Source: Selaginella moellendorffii
Lineage: Eukaryota > Plantae > Lycopodiophyta
Assembly (NCBI RefSeq): GCF_000143415.4
Contig: NW_003314300.1
Location: 228,908-292,907 of the forward strand
Length of the DNA: 64,000 nucleotides
Direction: 5' to 3'
Of the stretch, positions 45,600 through 57,959 are shown piece after piece (position 1 is the stretch's first letter; every line of letters begins with the position of its first letter). The position numbers and the translations under genes are program-made. Under the pieces are notes generated by a model that worked only from the letters and a program-made list of their open reading frames with translations, did not search any database and had not been told where the DNA came from.

Positions 45600-46808
45600 T
45601 CACAAGATGGAATTTTGCTGCTCCAGAAATCGCATGCGCACTTTGACAAGCTCTTCACCACCTCGATCTCGATCGCCGTGAATCACCAGAGACCCAAGCA
45701 TGGCCGACCAAGCAATTGGAGATGGCTCGAAAGGCATCGACCAGAGGAGATCTTTGGCTTCCTCATGGTGCCCAGCGCGACCGAGGATGTCCACCATGCA
45801 GCAGTAGTGCTCGCAGCGAGGAATCACCAAATAATCTCCAGCCATCCCCACAAACTCTCGGCGGCACCTCTCGAGCTTCCCAGTGTGGCTGCAAGCGATG
45901 AGAAGACTGAGAAGTGTAACTTTCGATGCCTCAAATCCTTCCAAAACCATGACGTGAAACATCTCGATCGCGTCCCTGCCGCGTCCAAAGTGAGCGTGCG
46001 CTGATACCATGCAGCTCCACGAAACGTGGTCCTGTTCTAGCATCCAGGAATGCATCTTTGCGGCTTCTTTGAGATGCCCGTTTTGAGCATACGCCTGCAG
46101 AATGGTGGTGCAGGAAACCAGGCTTTGCTCGGGCATCGCGTCAAAGAGCTCCCTGGCTTCGCGTATATGCCCGTTTTGTGCATATGCTACAAGAACGCTG
46201 TTCCAGGTGATCAAACTCGCAATGGGCATTTCATCAAAGAGATTTTTGGCTTCAGAAAGATACCCTTGCTGGCCGTATGCTGAAATCAACGCGTTAAAAC
46301 AGATCAAGTCTTTCACTGGAACTCTGTCAAACAAAACCTTAGCATTCTCCAGATGCCCCGCTTGGGCATATGCTTGAAGCAAAATCGTCCATGACACTTG
46401 GTTGTGCTCGGGCATTTCGAGAAACGTTTCGTGGGCCGCCTCCAAACACCCGCATTCCGTGTAAGCTCTTAACAGAGCGTTCCAAGTGACAAGAGTTCTA
46501 TCCGGCATCGCACAAAACGTCGCCTCCGCTGAATCAAGATACCCATTATGGGCATAAGCGCAGAGAAGAATCGTCCACGAGTAAACGTTTGGTTCCTCGA
46601 TGGTGGCGAAGGCGGCCTCGGCACTCCTCACACTCCCGAGCTTCCCAAACATCTCCACCAGCAGATTCGCGAGAAACCGGCAGCCACCATAGCCGGAGCT
46701 CCGTATGTCATGCTGTGCCCGCCTCAAGCTCCACATATCCCTGGAATCTCGGATGGCAGAAGCCAACAGCTCTCTTGAAAGCTCCCAGCCTGGGATGGTG
46801 ATCGCCAT
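45600..46808 (-). CDS. PLS-class PPR protein with partial E domain
   Basis: 402-aa ORF; SS/P/L repeats, HYCCMVDILGRAG...MPFEPSPIAWSAMLGS. Confidence 0.88.
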   Translation of the reverse strand: MAITIPGWELSRELLASAIRDSRDMWSLRRAQHDIRSSGYGGCRFLANLLVEMFGKLGSVRSAEAAFATIEEPNVYSWTILLCAYAHNGYLDSAEATFCAMPDRTLVTWNALLRAYTECGCLEAAHETFLEMPEHNQVSWTILLQAYAQAGHLENAKVLFDRVPVKDLICFNALISAYGQQGYLSEAKNLFDEMPIASLITWNSVLVAYAQNGHIREARELFDAMPEQSLVSCTTILQAYAQNGHLKEAAKMHSWMLEQDHVSWSCMVSAHAHFGRGRDAIEMFHVMVLEGFEASKVTLLSLLIACSHTGKLERCRREFVGMAGDYLVIPRCEHYCCMVDILGRAGHHEEAKDLLWSMPFEPSPIAWSAMLGSLVIHGDRDRGGEELVKVRMRFLEQQNSIL

Positions 46809-47104
46809 ATTTAATTATTTGTAAGTCATATCTATCAGTTTTTTAGGATCCCTAAGCAAGTAAAGAAAACCACTAAAGCTAATTAATTAGTAAAAATAAA
46901 ATATTCCTCGATTTGTCTTTTAATTTTAATAAATAAGTTTTAATATTAGAATATGGTAAGAAAAAAATACCAAATCTTAAAATAAAATCAAATCCAAACA
47001 AATAGAGTAACTTTTGAGAATTATAATAGATAACAATGACAGAGGATAATGAGAATAAATACCTGAAATTCGAAAATAATGAAAAAGAAAAAATTGAGCA
47101 TGTA

Positions 47105-47631
47105 TGCAGTTATCAAACTCGCATATTGGCATTTCTTCAAAGAGATTTTTGGCTTTTGATATATATCCTTGCTGGCTGTATGCAGAACGAATGCGTTAAA
47201 GCAGATCAAGTCCTTTTACTAAATCTTTGTCAAACAAAAAATTTAGTTTTGTTTCCAGATGCCCCGCTTGGGCATATACTTGAAGAAAAATCGTCCATGA
47301 CACTTGGCTGTGCTCGGGCATTTCTAGAAACGTTTCGTGGGCCGTCTCCAAACACCCGCACGCCGTGTAAGCTCTTCACAATGCGTCCAAGTGACAAGAG
47401 TTCTATCCGGCATCACCCAAAAGGTGGCCTCCCCAGCATCAAGATGCCGATTCTGGGCATGAGCGTCTCCACCATCAGATTCGCGAGAACCCGGCAGCCG
47501 CCATAGCCGGAGCTCCGTATGTCACGCTGCGCCGGCCTCAAGCTTGGCAAATCCCTGGAATCTCGGACGGCAGACGCCAGTATCTCTCTTGAAAGCCCCC
47601 AGGCTGGGATGGTACCACACCTGATCGCCAT
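47105..47631 (-). pseudogene. Degenerate duplicate of the 5' half of PPR 45600-46808
   Basis: MAIRCGTIPAWGLSREILASAVRDSRDL matches MAITIPGWELSRELLASAIRDSRDM; nucleotide match to about 46210-46808 with frameshifts and a deletion. Confidence 0.85.
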
Positions 47632-49436
47632 TATTTATTAGGACCATGAAGCACTGCTTTTGCCTGTGATTGAAAACCACCACTGCCGCATAGATCATCA
47701 AAGTCGTCACTGTCGCTCCAGGAATTCTTTTCTTTCTTTTCGTGGGCAGCAGGAGCAGCCAGCAGCAGCAGCATTAACTTTGGGAGCTGGGACAGCGCTA
47801 CGACGCGATGATGCGATCGCCAAAAAAACTCTAAACTCTCAGTGTGATCTCGTGATCTTGTGTCGTCACTTTCAAAACCCAGTAAGCAGCAGACACAAGC
47901 AACCAAAAACCATCGTCTCATTGATGAGAGCTGCTGAGCCCTCTCTCCCGTATTTCCATTCTTTTTCTTTTGGCTTCTCGCTCCTATACTCCATCTCCAT
48001 CTCCATCTCCTGCAAGCTCTTAGCTCGCAAAAGAAAAGCGAAAGAAATTGGTGGCACACTGATGTGTGCTGCTGCTGCCAAAGACTACTGCGCAATGCGC
48101 GTCGTCGCATTGAATGCTCGCAGTAGCCTTCGCATTGAATGCGCCACCTTTTCCCTTTCATGCTGGCTTGGCATCAAAATCACAGCCAGGAAGCCAAGAA
48201 GGACCCGCCATAGCCAAGCTACTTCCAGCACACACACACACAAAGGAGAGAGAAAGAGAGAGTATATGTGTGTGTGAGGAAACCATCGCTGGTACACAAC
48301 AGAAAAGGAGGATACTGGCAAATGCTGGTGTCAATTTGCCGCTGTGGGGCATCTGGTGGGCCGGCTTTTCAATTCAACAACACAAATCCTTGATCCGTGG
48401 GTGTGCGGGACGAGCGCATCAGCGGAATTGCGTGAGCTTTTCCTTTCACAGCGGACCAATTGATGTGTATAGATGCGCGCAGTAAAATCTCCAGGAGCTA
48501 CCCCGGGGCTTTGGAAATGAATGCGTGTGCAGTTCTTCCGTTCTGTTTTGTGTTTTCATGGAAGATCCGGGTGACTTATCATTGAACTTCAATATCCAAG
48601 AAAAAAATCCAAATAATATTTTTAATATTATAATAGCAACTGAATTTTTGTGTGCTTAATTTAAAGTAATGACTATAATTCATATGTCATCGTCTGGGTG
48701 TTGGTTGCCCAACTCATCAACACGTAAGATTATTGCGACACTACAGCAATAGTTTTCTCTTTCATGCGTTGTCGCCACCTTTGTCTATGCTGAAAGATTT
48801 CAGCATCAACGATCTCCATAGATCCACAGATATGTTTGCGTGATCCCACATTGCGTAGCAGCATTCATCACACTCATCATATCTTTTGTATGTGAACAAG
48901 AGCATTGATCGAGCGATGTTATAGATCTCGTTAAAACATTAATGTGAAGATATCTTTCACCGTGTATGATATGAGCTCTATAAATTCCAGCCTTCTCTAC
49001 ACTGTCTGGGTCGTGAAAGAGACCAAGAAAGAGCCTCGGTGGCTGTGAGAAATCGAGCATAATCACATATACCACGACACGCCTTGCCTTGTCCCGAGCT
49101 TTTGGACGCTACAACTTAAATGGGTGATCCTCTCTCCCGCGAAGAAAAACTCCATAAAGACTTGCTCCCCTCGATCGATCCATAGAGATGGGACCAACAA
49201 AGTTTTCTCCTTTCAGAGCTTACGTGTGAAAAAAGGATCACTGGGTCGCATTCGGCATTCACTGCGCGCATTGAATCGAATCCATCCAACGAAGAAAAGA
49301 TCGTCAAGAACTAGTCTCACTCGCTTTCTCCCATTCGAACGAGAACTTTGGACACGAAGTCAAGAGCACAATTTTTCTTAGATTTTAGATCAATCGAAAG
49401 CAAACAACTGATACATGGAAATCTGGAGTGGAAGTG

Positions 49437-49627
49437 AAGTCAATGCCCGAACCATTTGCCTTGCACCGTGGTGAAGCGAGACTCGTCGTGCACAGAGTTT
49501 GCGCCAGTGTGAGCGAAATCACCAGTGTTGTTCCACCGCCAGTGATCTACACTCACACTGGAGTGCATCTACGAATCCAGACTTTACCACGCTGCAAGGG
49601 AGCTTTTGATGGTGCGTTCTTGACTCC
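49437..49627 (-). promoter_or_regulatory. Conserved HD-ZIP IV 3'UTR motif pair
   Basis: Minus strand GGAGTCAAGAACGCACC (49627-49611) and AATGGTTCGGGCATTGACTT (49456-49437), partially complementary, downstream of the HD-ZIP IV stop. Confidence 0.75.
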
Positions 49628-50282
49628 CTCCCATACTCCATATCTCACCTTTTTCTTATATGTTAGAAAGAGAGCCTCTAAAAGTTTGCTTTTCCTCCTC
49701 CACAAGTTCCCAGCCTTCCCTGTGCTTATTCTTCTCCGGTTTTCTTTGCTTTCCCTGCTATGTTGGCACGGAAGTCCCAAGAGCAAATCCTTCCTGAGGG
49801 AAAAAATCACCACCCTGCTCAATGCGAGCTCACTGCCTTGTGTGTTGGTGTTTGTAGTCGAGACAGAACAAAAGAATCATTGCCTTCTTCACTAGCCACT
49901 GTTGTCAAAAGAGTGGTGATTTTCCCTCAAGCGAGTCCCAAACTTCTGTCCAGTGTATAACCAAAACCGAGCTTGCCAAAAAGGAGAGAGATCAAGGAAA
50001 AAAGCTCCCCGAGAACCTTGTTTGACCACTCCTCGGCTTGCTCAAGCCCCAACTTGCATGCAACATACCGCCCCTGTCTCGATCCATCTTTAAAAACCAG
50101 ACCTTGGAGCCCCTGGAAAGCTGGCGGAGGAAGATCGTACCGAAAGAGAGAAAGAACTGAGAAGTCATCCCCTACGAAAAGAACGAGAAGTTCCACCACC
50201 TGTCCTGTGATCCTGTCCCCCAAAAAACCATCCATCATCCATCCATCCCACCCAACTTTCCTGATCACTTCCCAGCTTTCCA

Positions 50283-53200
50283 TCACTGATTGTCACACTG
50301 GAGCGCAGCCTTGATCTTCTGGACAGTGCACGAGATGAGATTGTTCACGGTTGTCACGGACTCGAGCGAGAGCTTTGCGGAAGGAACGTTGCTGACGAGA
50401 ATCTGGAATGCCACTGTCAAGAGCGAGCCTGGAACCCTGGGCCTGTCCACCTCTAGACTATCGTGCTGGAGACTTCCACAGTGGTCCTGTCCGTCGGGGA
50501 GGATCGCAAAGCCGGAGGGGAGCAAAGCAACGTATGCCGGGTCGCCACCCTGCATTACCAAGTTCATGGCTGGGATGTCCACCGGAGCGTAAACTACGAG
50601 CGAGCCCGAGTCGTCGGTGCAGCTCTCCTGGAGGATGAGCATATTGCTGTGCGTCGAGTTGAGAGTCTGGAAAGAGAGACAGGAAGAAGCTTCAGTTCTA
50701 GAGATCGAAGATCGAAAGCTCCAAGAAAGCTTACGTTGACACGGAGAAGAGAGACACTGTTGCCTGGATCCTGTCCTTTGGCGATGTGAGCCATCTCTTG
50801 CACCATTCCACCGTTGGAGAGAATGTCCCACTGCAAAAAGCCAAGAAAACCGATACAAAAACTCGATTTTGATGGATCAAACGAAGCTCTGTTACCTCGT
50901 TGCGTAGCCTCTCGTCTCGCAAGAACTCAAACACGCGCTTCGGAGGCACTGGAAGCCATAGAGAGGTGGCGGCGCTGAGAACAATCCCGTGCGGTTCGCC
51001 GGGATTGTCGACGCTCTTGCGAGTCATGACACGGACATCGTCCTCGCCGCTACCGGACAGCGTCGTCCAAGTGTGCACAGTGGACGCACTCACGCCCGCG
51101 CAGAAGTTATTCGTCATGCGCTGCGCCAACTTGAGCATGCTCCGGCGGCCACTCGCATTGGGTATCACTGGCACCAAAGCAAAACAAACCATTAAACAAA
51201 GCCGAGGAAGAAAAACAATGCCCGTGAACAAACAAAGAGGAGGGGGAAGAACCAGCTGAGAAAAAAAGCATTTTTTTGTTCCCTCCTCTCTCTAAGTTCT
51301 TCGAAAGAAAAGATGGAAGAGGAAAGAAAGTACTACCTCCAAGATCTCTGGCAGAGATGCTGGTGGCCAATAGACTGGCGAGCCTCTCGCACTGGCGCTG
51401 CAGCGTGAGCAGCCATCTCTGTGCTCCAAAAGCGAGACCACTGTTGACATAAGGCTTGTAAATCCTGTTGACGGATCGATCATCGTATTCCACATGCTCC
51501 AACACCGTCACCTAAAAGTTTTCGCAGCACACAAGAATCCAACGCACAAGTCAATGGATTGTCACATCACACACCAGAGCCTCGGACTCCCATGGAGACG
51601 GCGAGAAAGCAGCGGAAGAACGAGTAAAAAAGTGATTTTGTGCGTACCTTTGAGTAGCCATTGGGCATGTCCTGGATGAGATATCCCGAGGGGCGTCTCC
51701 GGCACCGATTGGAAGAGGGCGCTGCCTCGCGAGCGAGCGCATCCACGGAAACGTCCACGATTCCCCAGACTCCATCCGCGTGCTGCTTGCAGTACCTCAC
51801 GAAGTAAAACTCGCGAGTTGGAACCAGAGGCGACAAGACTTGCATCTCGGCATACATCTGCGAAGGAAGATCAAAGACAAAAACAAAGTTTAGAAGCATC
51901 GAAAGCAATCACGCAAAGTTCTTCCAGATAGAGAACAAAAACAAAAAAGCTTTTTCTCTGGTTTGGATGAGCACGTACCAACTGAACGGCGCCATTCCGG
52001 TTTCCTGTAACTCCGGTTGCCAGAACATCAATGGTGACTGCTCGAGACACAATGCTGGGGAAGATCTCCGCCCATTTCGCCTGAGACAATGCCACCTTAC
52101 GATCATCATCCGCAAGAACAACGAAGAAAAACCACAAAGAACTTACCGAGTCCATGAGAAGCTCCACCAAGTTGACGCCGTTCATCATCACCAGATCACT
52201 CTCGCGGGTGGCTTCCGTACGCATGCCGTAGGGGCGAGGTCCCAGCGCGGATTGGTACTGCCGGATGTACTCGTCATAGTTGAGAACTTCCTTTGGTCCG
52301 TCGGGGCTGGGAATCCACGATGGCTCCTCGGGCTGGCAGAGGCGATAGAGTTCTTCCATGGCGGTCACCGCGAGATCCACGATCATGGGCTTGTCCGCCT
52401 CGCTCAAACCTCCGGGCCTCATGGATTCCGAGCCCGCGGAGACGAGCGATCCAGCGGCGGCGGCGCCACCCTGGTGAAAGTTGGCAGCGCCACCCACGGC
52501 GAGATCCAGGGAGGAGCTCGGCGCTTGCGAGCCGCCACCGGAGAGGTGTGGGATTGGCCGGCCCAGGTACTTGGCTGCCAGTGTCGAGACGCGATCGAGC
52601 TGCAAAGTTTGGATTTTTTTTTTGTCATCCAGTGAGTGAGCGAGCGAGAAGGAAGCTCTACTTGCAGGATGTCTATGGGGTTACCTCGTCTTTGAGCCGC
52701 GCATTCTCGATTCGCAATTGCTGCTCGTCGTAGGACATCTCGCCGAGCGTGGCCGGGCCACCGCAGCTTGGACACGACGCGTTCTTGATGGCCTCGCGCA
52801 TCGTAACATTCTCGGCTCGCAGCTTCTCTATCTCGAGACGTAGCATGGAGTTCTCGGCCCTCTCCTGCTGGGCCTGGGCGATGGAACAAGGCAAAGAAAT
52901 GATAAGAAAACCAGCAAGAACTCTCCTCCTACCTTGAGCTGGGTCCTTCGATTCTGGAACCAAAACTTGACTTGCCGCGGCTCCAATCCGAGCTCCCGGC
53001 TGAGCTCCTGCCGCTGCTTGTCATCCGGATGCGGGCACTCCTTGAACAAGCTGCGCGAGAAAACGAAGAAAAAATCCACCTTGAGGACTTCCAATCGAGA
53101 ACAACACCAAAACCAATCTCTTACGCTTCCATCTCTTGAATCTGGTGTGGAGTGTGTCGGTGGTAGCGCTTCTTCCTCGGCGGCTCATTGTCCTGATCCT

Positions 53201-53740
53201 CCCCTCCAGACCCATCCATGTTGTCACTCCCAGACCGGCTCTCATACTCCTCGTCCTTGTTCTTGCTACTCAGCTTCATGGGCGCTCCAATCCCCGATTG
53301 ATTCTGCGCGTCGCCATCGCCGGCTCCAGCCCCAGCTTGCTGCCTCCCATCGACAATGCTCGGCTGTGGCAGAAAAATCACCCCTTAGTATCAGCCGAAG
53401 AGTCGCAAGAGAGAGGGAGAGAAGAAAATCTAGAGAGATATAAGGAGTATGAATTCGAGGAGAGGAAGGAGAAAAGAGTAAAGAGAGGGAGCGCGAGAGA
53501 ATCCATGAGAAGATCTTTACTTACCAGGCCAAGAGTGAGGCCGGGGCTGGAACTATAGATGTTCGCTCCTCCTCCTCCATTTCCTCTTCGCGGCATGGAG
53601 GGCGAGGGAGGGATGAGCCTGGGAGCCGCCATTGCTCCAGCCGGCATGTTTGGAATGTCGCCCAGCAATCCTCCTCCAGCGCCGCCCGCCACAACACTGT
53701 CGTTGGCCAAGAGCGCCACAGTCGGGCCTCCAAGCCTCAT
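50283..53740 (-). CDS. Class IV HD-ZIP transcription factor (HD-ZLZ-START-SAD; ANL2/HDG/ML1 family), multi-exon
   Basis: [16 protein letters not shown]|[43 protein letters not shown] zipper-loop-zipper, [36 protein letters not shown]...KIKAALQC. Confidence 0.96.
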
Positions 53741-56700
53741 GCTCTATACAAACGCTCGCTACTTCTACTTCTCTCCTCTAGATCGTTCCACTTCTTTTTC
53801 TTTCTTGCGTTTGTTCGTCTTCTTCGTTGTTTGAGAGCAAAGGGACTCGAGAGAGTGAGAGAGGCAAACGAGGTCGTGAATTTGCCTCCAACAATCTCTC
53901 AGAGATCCAGAGAGAGAGAGAGAGAAGGAAGGTAAAGTATCATCTTCATCTTGGTGGCGTAGATCCACGCTGTTGTCTTGTTGTTCCAGCTCCAGCAAGA
54001 AGCTAGATCGACTTGGGTGATTTGGATTACACAACCTTCTCTCTCTGTCTCTCCCTCTCAATCCGCGATTGCCTGTTAGGAGCTCAGCAGCGGCGAGCGG
54101 TGGTGGCCTTGTTCAATCCTCCTGAAAGAGAGCGAGCTTGGTTTTTCCTGCTAGAACACTGCAGGGACGATCGACAAACCTAAAGATCGAAGGGAGGAGA
54201 GCAGTAGATGTAGTTCAGGAGCGAGTAGTAGTGTAGCAGCGAGGGGAAGTATGAATGAATGAACACCACAGCATTAAATTGGTGTGTGTGTCACCCGGTG
54301 AGCATCTTGAAAGAAACAAAAGGCCATAGCTCGTATGCATGGGCATGGCATCCATGTGGATGGATAAACAATATATATTTCAATATAAATGAAATTCCTG
54401 GTAACTTTTAATGGTCAAAATAGTTTTCGAATTGTTTATATTATTTTTGAAGCTTGAGATATTTTTAAAATATTAGAAACATTTCGATAACATTTTGGTA
54501 TTTGACTTTTCGGATAAAACTATGGATATTTCTAATATTTCTAAAATGTTTCTAATATTTTAAAAATATTTGTAATTTACACAGTAATAAAACAAAAACG
54601 TGGAGATGTGCCATAGACATGTACATTGTCCAGGAGACGGGCGATCGCCCAGCGACCTACGCCCAAACGCCCGACTCCCGCGTTGTATGGCGTAGGCCGG
54701 GAGCGTTTTGAGCTCTCGAGCCCCACCCATCATTAATGGCGTCCGCAGTCCTGACGGCCTCTGCGCAGTGGAGCAATTAATGGTCACATTGCCCAAATTT
54801 GGCACACTGGCCACTGCCAGAAAATCACCTCTACATTTGGCGGAGGATGGAAAGGGCCTGCGCTGCCAAATCCACCTACGCCCGCCATGCCATGTCATGT
54901 CACCATTGCCATACCCATGCCATGATCATGTATGAATCATATCCATACAATGCCACCCATTCATCTTACCCATGCCATGCATTCATTCAATGCGAAACAT
55001 AACAGACAATGTTGAGTGAATGATAAACCTTTTCTAGTCCAATTTAATGGCCAATGGACCGTATATCTATATGGTGATTGCGTGCTCATAAATCACCCCT
55101 ACCTATATCAGGGGGTGGCGAAAGGAAGAAGAGATCGCGATCGCTCAGGCCCATGCATCATCCATGATCTCCATCCCATTCCAACCCTTTGATCACCATT
55201 CAACTCCACCGTGCTTGTCTCTGTACCATGATTAGATCATTCAAGATCGATGTTTGCGCGAAAAGAAATCTCGCTAAAAACTGCTCCGGCGATCCATCGT
55301 CTCTCTTTTCCTTAACTCGCTCCAAACCAAGAGAGATCATCTGTCTTTGTCTCTCTCCCTCTCTCTCAAACCAGCAGCATTACAGCTCTAGATATCCTGG
55401 GAATTTAAGAGCTCCTTGATCCTCGCCTCTCCAGTTCCAGCTCCAGTGCTGTTGGTGTTGTTTGCTCGCATTGATTTGGGTCATATGAAAGAAAAGGTCG
55501 AGAAGAGCGCGAGAGCTCGTATATATGTTATAAATGTGTGCGAGGAAGTGATGGATATCTCTCCCTCGATCCATCCGGAGGAGCGAAAACTACATACAAG
55601 TATGTAACGCGAGTGGAAAAAGATCGATCGATTCGACTTACAGCCAGAAGATCGCCCAACTTTTCCTCCCCGCGGGAGAATGAAAACCATGAATGCGTTG
55701 TCACAAGATCGGTCTATTGTCTCGTGTTTGCCTCAATCAAACCTCTCCCACCTTTTTCACGAATTTAGGTACGAGAACACAGCACAGCAGCGTCGTTTTC
55801 ACCCCGCGTGTTTTACCAGAAACCCGGGTGAAAGTTTTTTTCGTTTTTACAGAGATTAACCAGAGGCTGATTGACTGGGATATTCCAGTCCTGCGTGCGT
55901 GGCTGGAATGTCGCCGATGAATTGAATGGTGCGTCCCAACTCCCGTGCACCGTTAAACACGGTTCACATTTACGCTTCACGCAGCGTAACTGTCGGTAAG
56001 TAGCTAGTCGCGGGGGGGTAAAAAGGAAGGATATCTTTTCATTCGGCCAAAAGATGCCAAAGGAATCAATCAATTTTGTAACGCTTTCCATGTATCGATC
56101 GATCTTTGTTTGTGAATTCTAAAGCTTTGATCTCGTCGTGATCTTGCCTTGAATCATAGGTGGAGTTGGAGAGATGGCATTTCTATCTATCTAGAAACAT
56201 TTCAAATTGGAGAGAGAACGAGAGAGAGACAAAGAACACACAAGAGTTATGGTGCCGGGGCGTGGTCAAGCACCAAATCTACACGTATATATTTTCATTG
56301 GAGCCGCCACCACCTTTTTGATTGATTGATTGATTGAGGATCGAGCATGGCGTCGTGAAGTTTCCTACACTTTTTGTCAATAGGGTGTGTTCTCGTTTGA
56401 TTCGATGATAGACTTTGAGTGGCGACCTTAAAGTGGTTCTTTCTGGCTGGCAGCGAGACGAATCCAGAAAAATGGATGGAGTTAATTTTGGTGTTGTCTC
56501 GATGCCTTCATGGGCGACTGAGCGAAAGCATGAATTATGGTTTCCCAGGGAGTGATTGGAATTGGGGATTGGAATTGACTCGAGTGGGATCTGGACGGAT
56601 GTGCCGTGCAAACGTTTTTCTAGCGCTCCATCAATCAGTTTGGAGTCATTTAGATCGATGCAAGATCAAGGACGATTCACAAACTTGTTGCCAGGATTGA

Positions 56701-56825
56701 TGATCGTCAAAAGGACAAGCTCTCTCACAGCAAGTAATGTTCCTTCTTCGTAAACCCCTCTTTTGGGAATTAGGGTTTATGAATTTAAATTTGGAATCTC
56801 CTTGATTATTCGTGACTTAGGGTTT

Positions 56826-57959
56826 ATGGATAGAGTAGTGCGACTAGATTCTTTCGCTTTGGCGCTCCTCCGGCGGCCCAATGCCGGCATCCACGCAGTA
56901 GCATCGGCAGTAGAGCACACGGATTTGACAGGGAGGGAGCGGCGGCGGCAGAAGAACGAGCGTCGGCTGGAGCTCGCGGCATCGCGTAAGTTGCCCAAAC
57001 CAGAGGAAGAAGAGAAGAAGAAGATGGATCAAAGGAGGAAGAAGAAGAGCGATCCAAGCCTGGCGAATCTCGCCAAGATGGGAATGCAGTGGTACACGCT
57101 GCGAGTGTTCACCAACAACGAGGCCGAGTCCATGGAAGCTCTTCGCTCGACGCTCGAGGCCGAATTCCCAGATGCAAAGTTCGAGGTAAAGAACATTTTT
57201 TTTTCTCTTGTTCATGAAGGGAGTAGTGAATGGATTTCTTCTGCCTCGATGCAAGGTATGGTCTCCCATAATTCCCACCGAGAGTGTTGTTCGTGGAAAA
57301 TCCAGGTTCGCTATGAAAGCTATGCTCAGGGGTCATATTTTCCTTCGCTGCGTTCTCGAGGCTCCAGTTTACAGGCATGTTATGAACGAACGCTCGGTCT
57401 TTTGCTTCGTGGGAGCGTTTCCATACAAGATGAAGTGAGTTTTCCTTTGATCTTCTATCTTCTATCTCTCTCTCTCTCTCTCTTTAAGATTTTCTAGACG
57501 AGATTTCTGGCAGGGCTGGCTATGACACAAAGATGATGAAAGGTGGCTACCCGGATGCTCATATCCCCGCGCCAGTCCCGAGCTATCAGATCGAGGCTCT
57601 TCGTGAAGAAGCTGCGACAAGAGAACGAGAGTTCAAGCTTGAACAACAGAAAAAGAAAGCCTCGGAAGATCAAGTTCTTCTGGAGGTCAAGGAGGTGGAT
57701 GATCTCGAGCAGCGGCAGGGGCATTTGAGAGTTGGAGACATGGTTGCAGTGATCTCTGGTGCCTATCAAAACTTTCAAGGAACAATCCTTGAGTTCCTTC
57801 CGGCTGGAAAGGTGCAACTTCTTTCTTTTTTATCTTGTTTAACATTTTTTATTGTGATTTATTTCTTAGGTGAAAATTGTTCTGCCCGTATTTGGGACAG
57901 ATACAGAGATTGAAGTTGATATGGATGCCCTTGTAAGCTATCAAGAAACAAGGCCTTGA
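56826..57959 (+). CDS. Organelle NusG-family transcription factor (pTAC13-like; NGN + KOW); exons 56826-57185, 57256-57434, 57514-57811, 57870-57959
   Basis: LTGRERRRQKNERR block, QWYTLRV NGN start, GHIFLRC, KOW LRVGDMVAVISGAYQNFQGTI, and VKIVLPVFGTDTEIEVD. Confidence 0.85.

Noticed and set aside
47631-48485. Small secreted peptide gene or miRNA precursor (hydrophobic MRRWFLVAC stretch; CTACTGCG...CGCAGTAG hairpin at about 48085-48128)
   Set aside because: Low-complexity UTR-like sequence, a short interrupted hairpin, and no match to conserved miRNAs or peptide motifs that I recognise.
54330-54990. CATG/RY-rich blocks upstream of HD-ZIP IV as transposon ends or an L1 box
   Set aside because: The inverted similarity is weak and no exact L1 box (TAAATGYA) was found.
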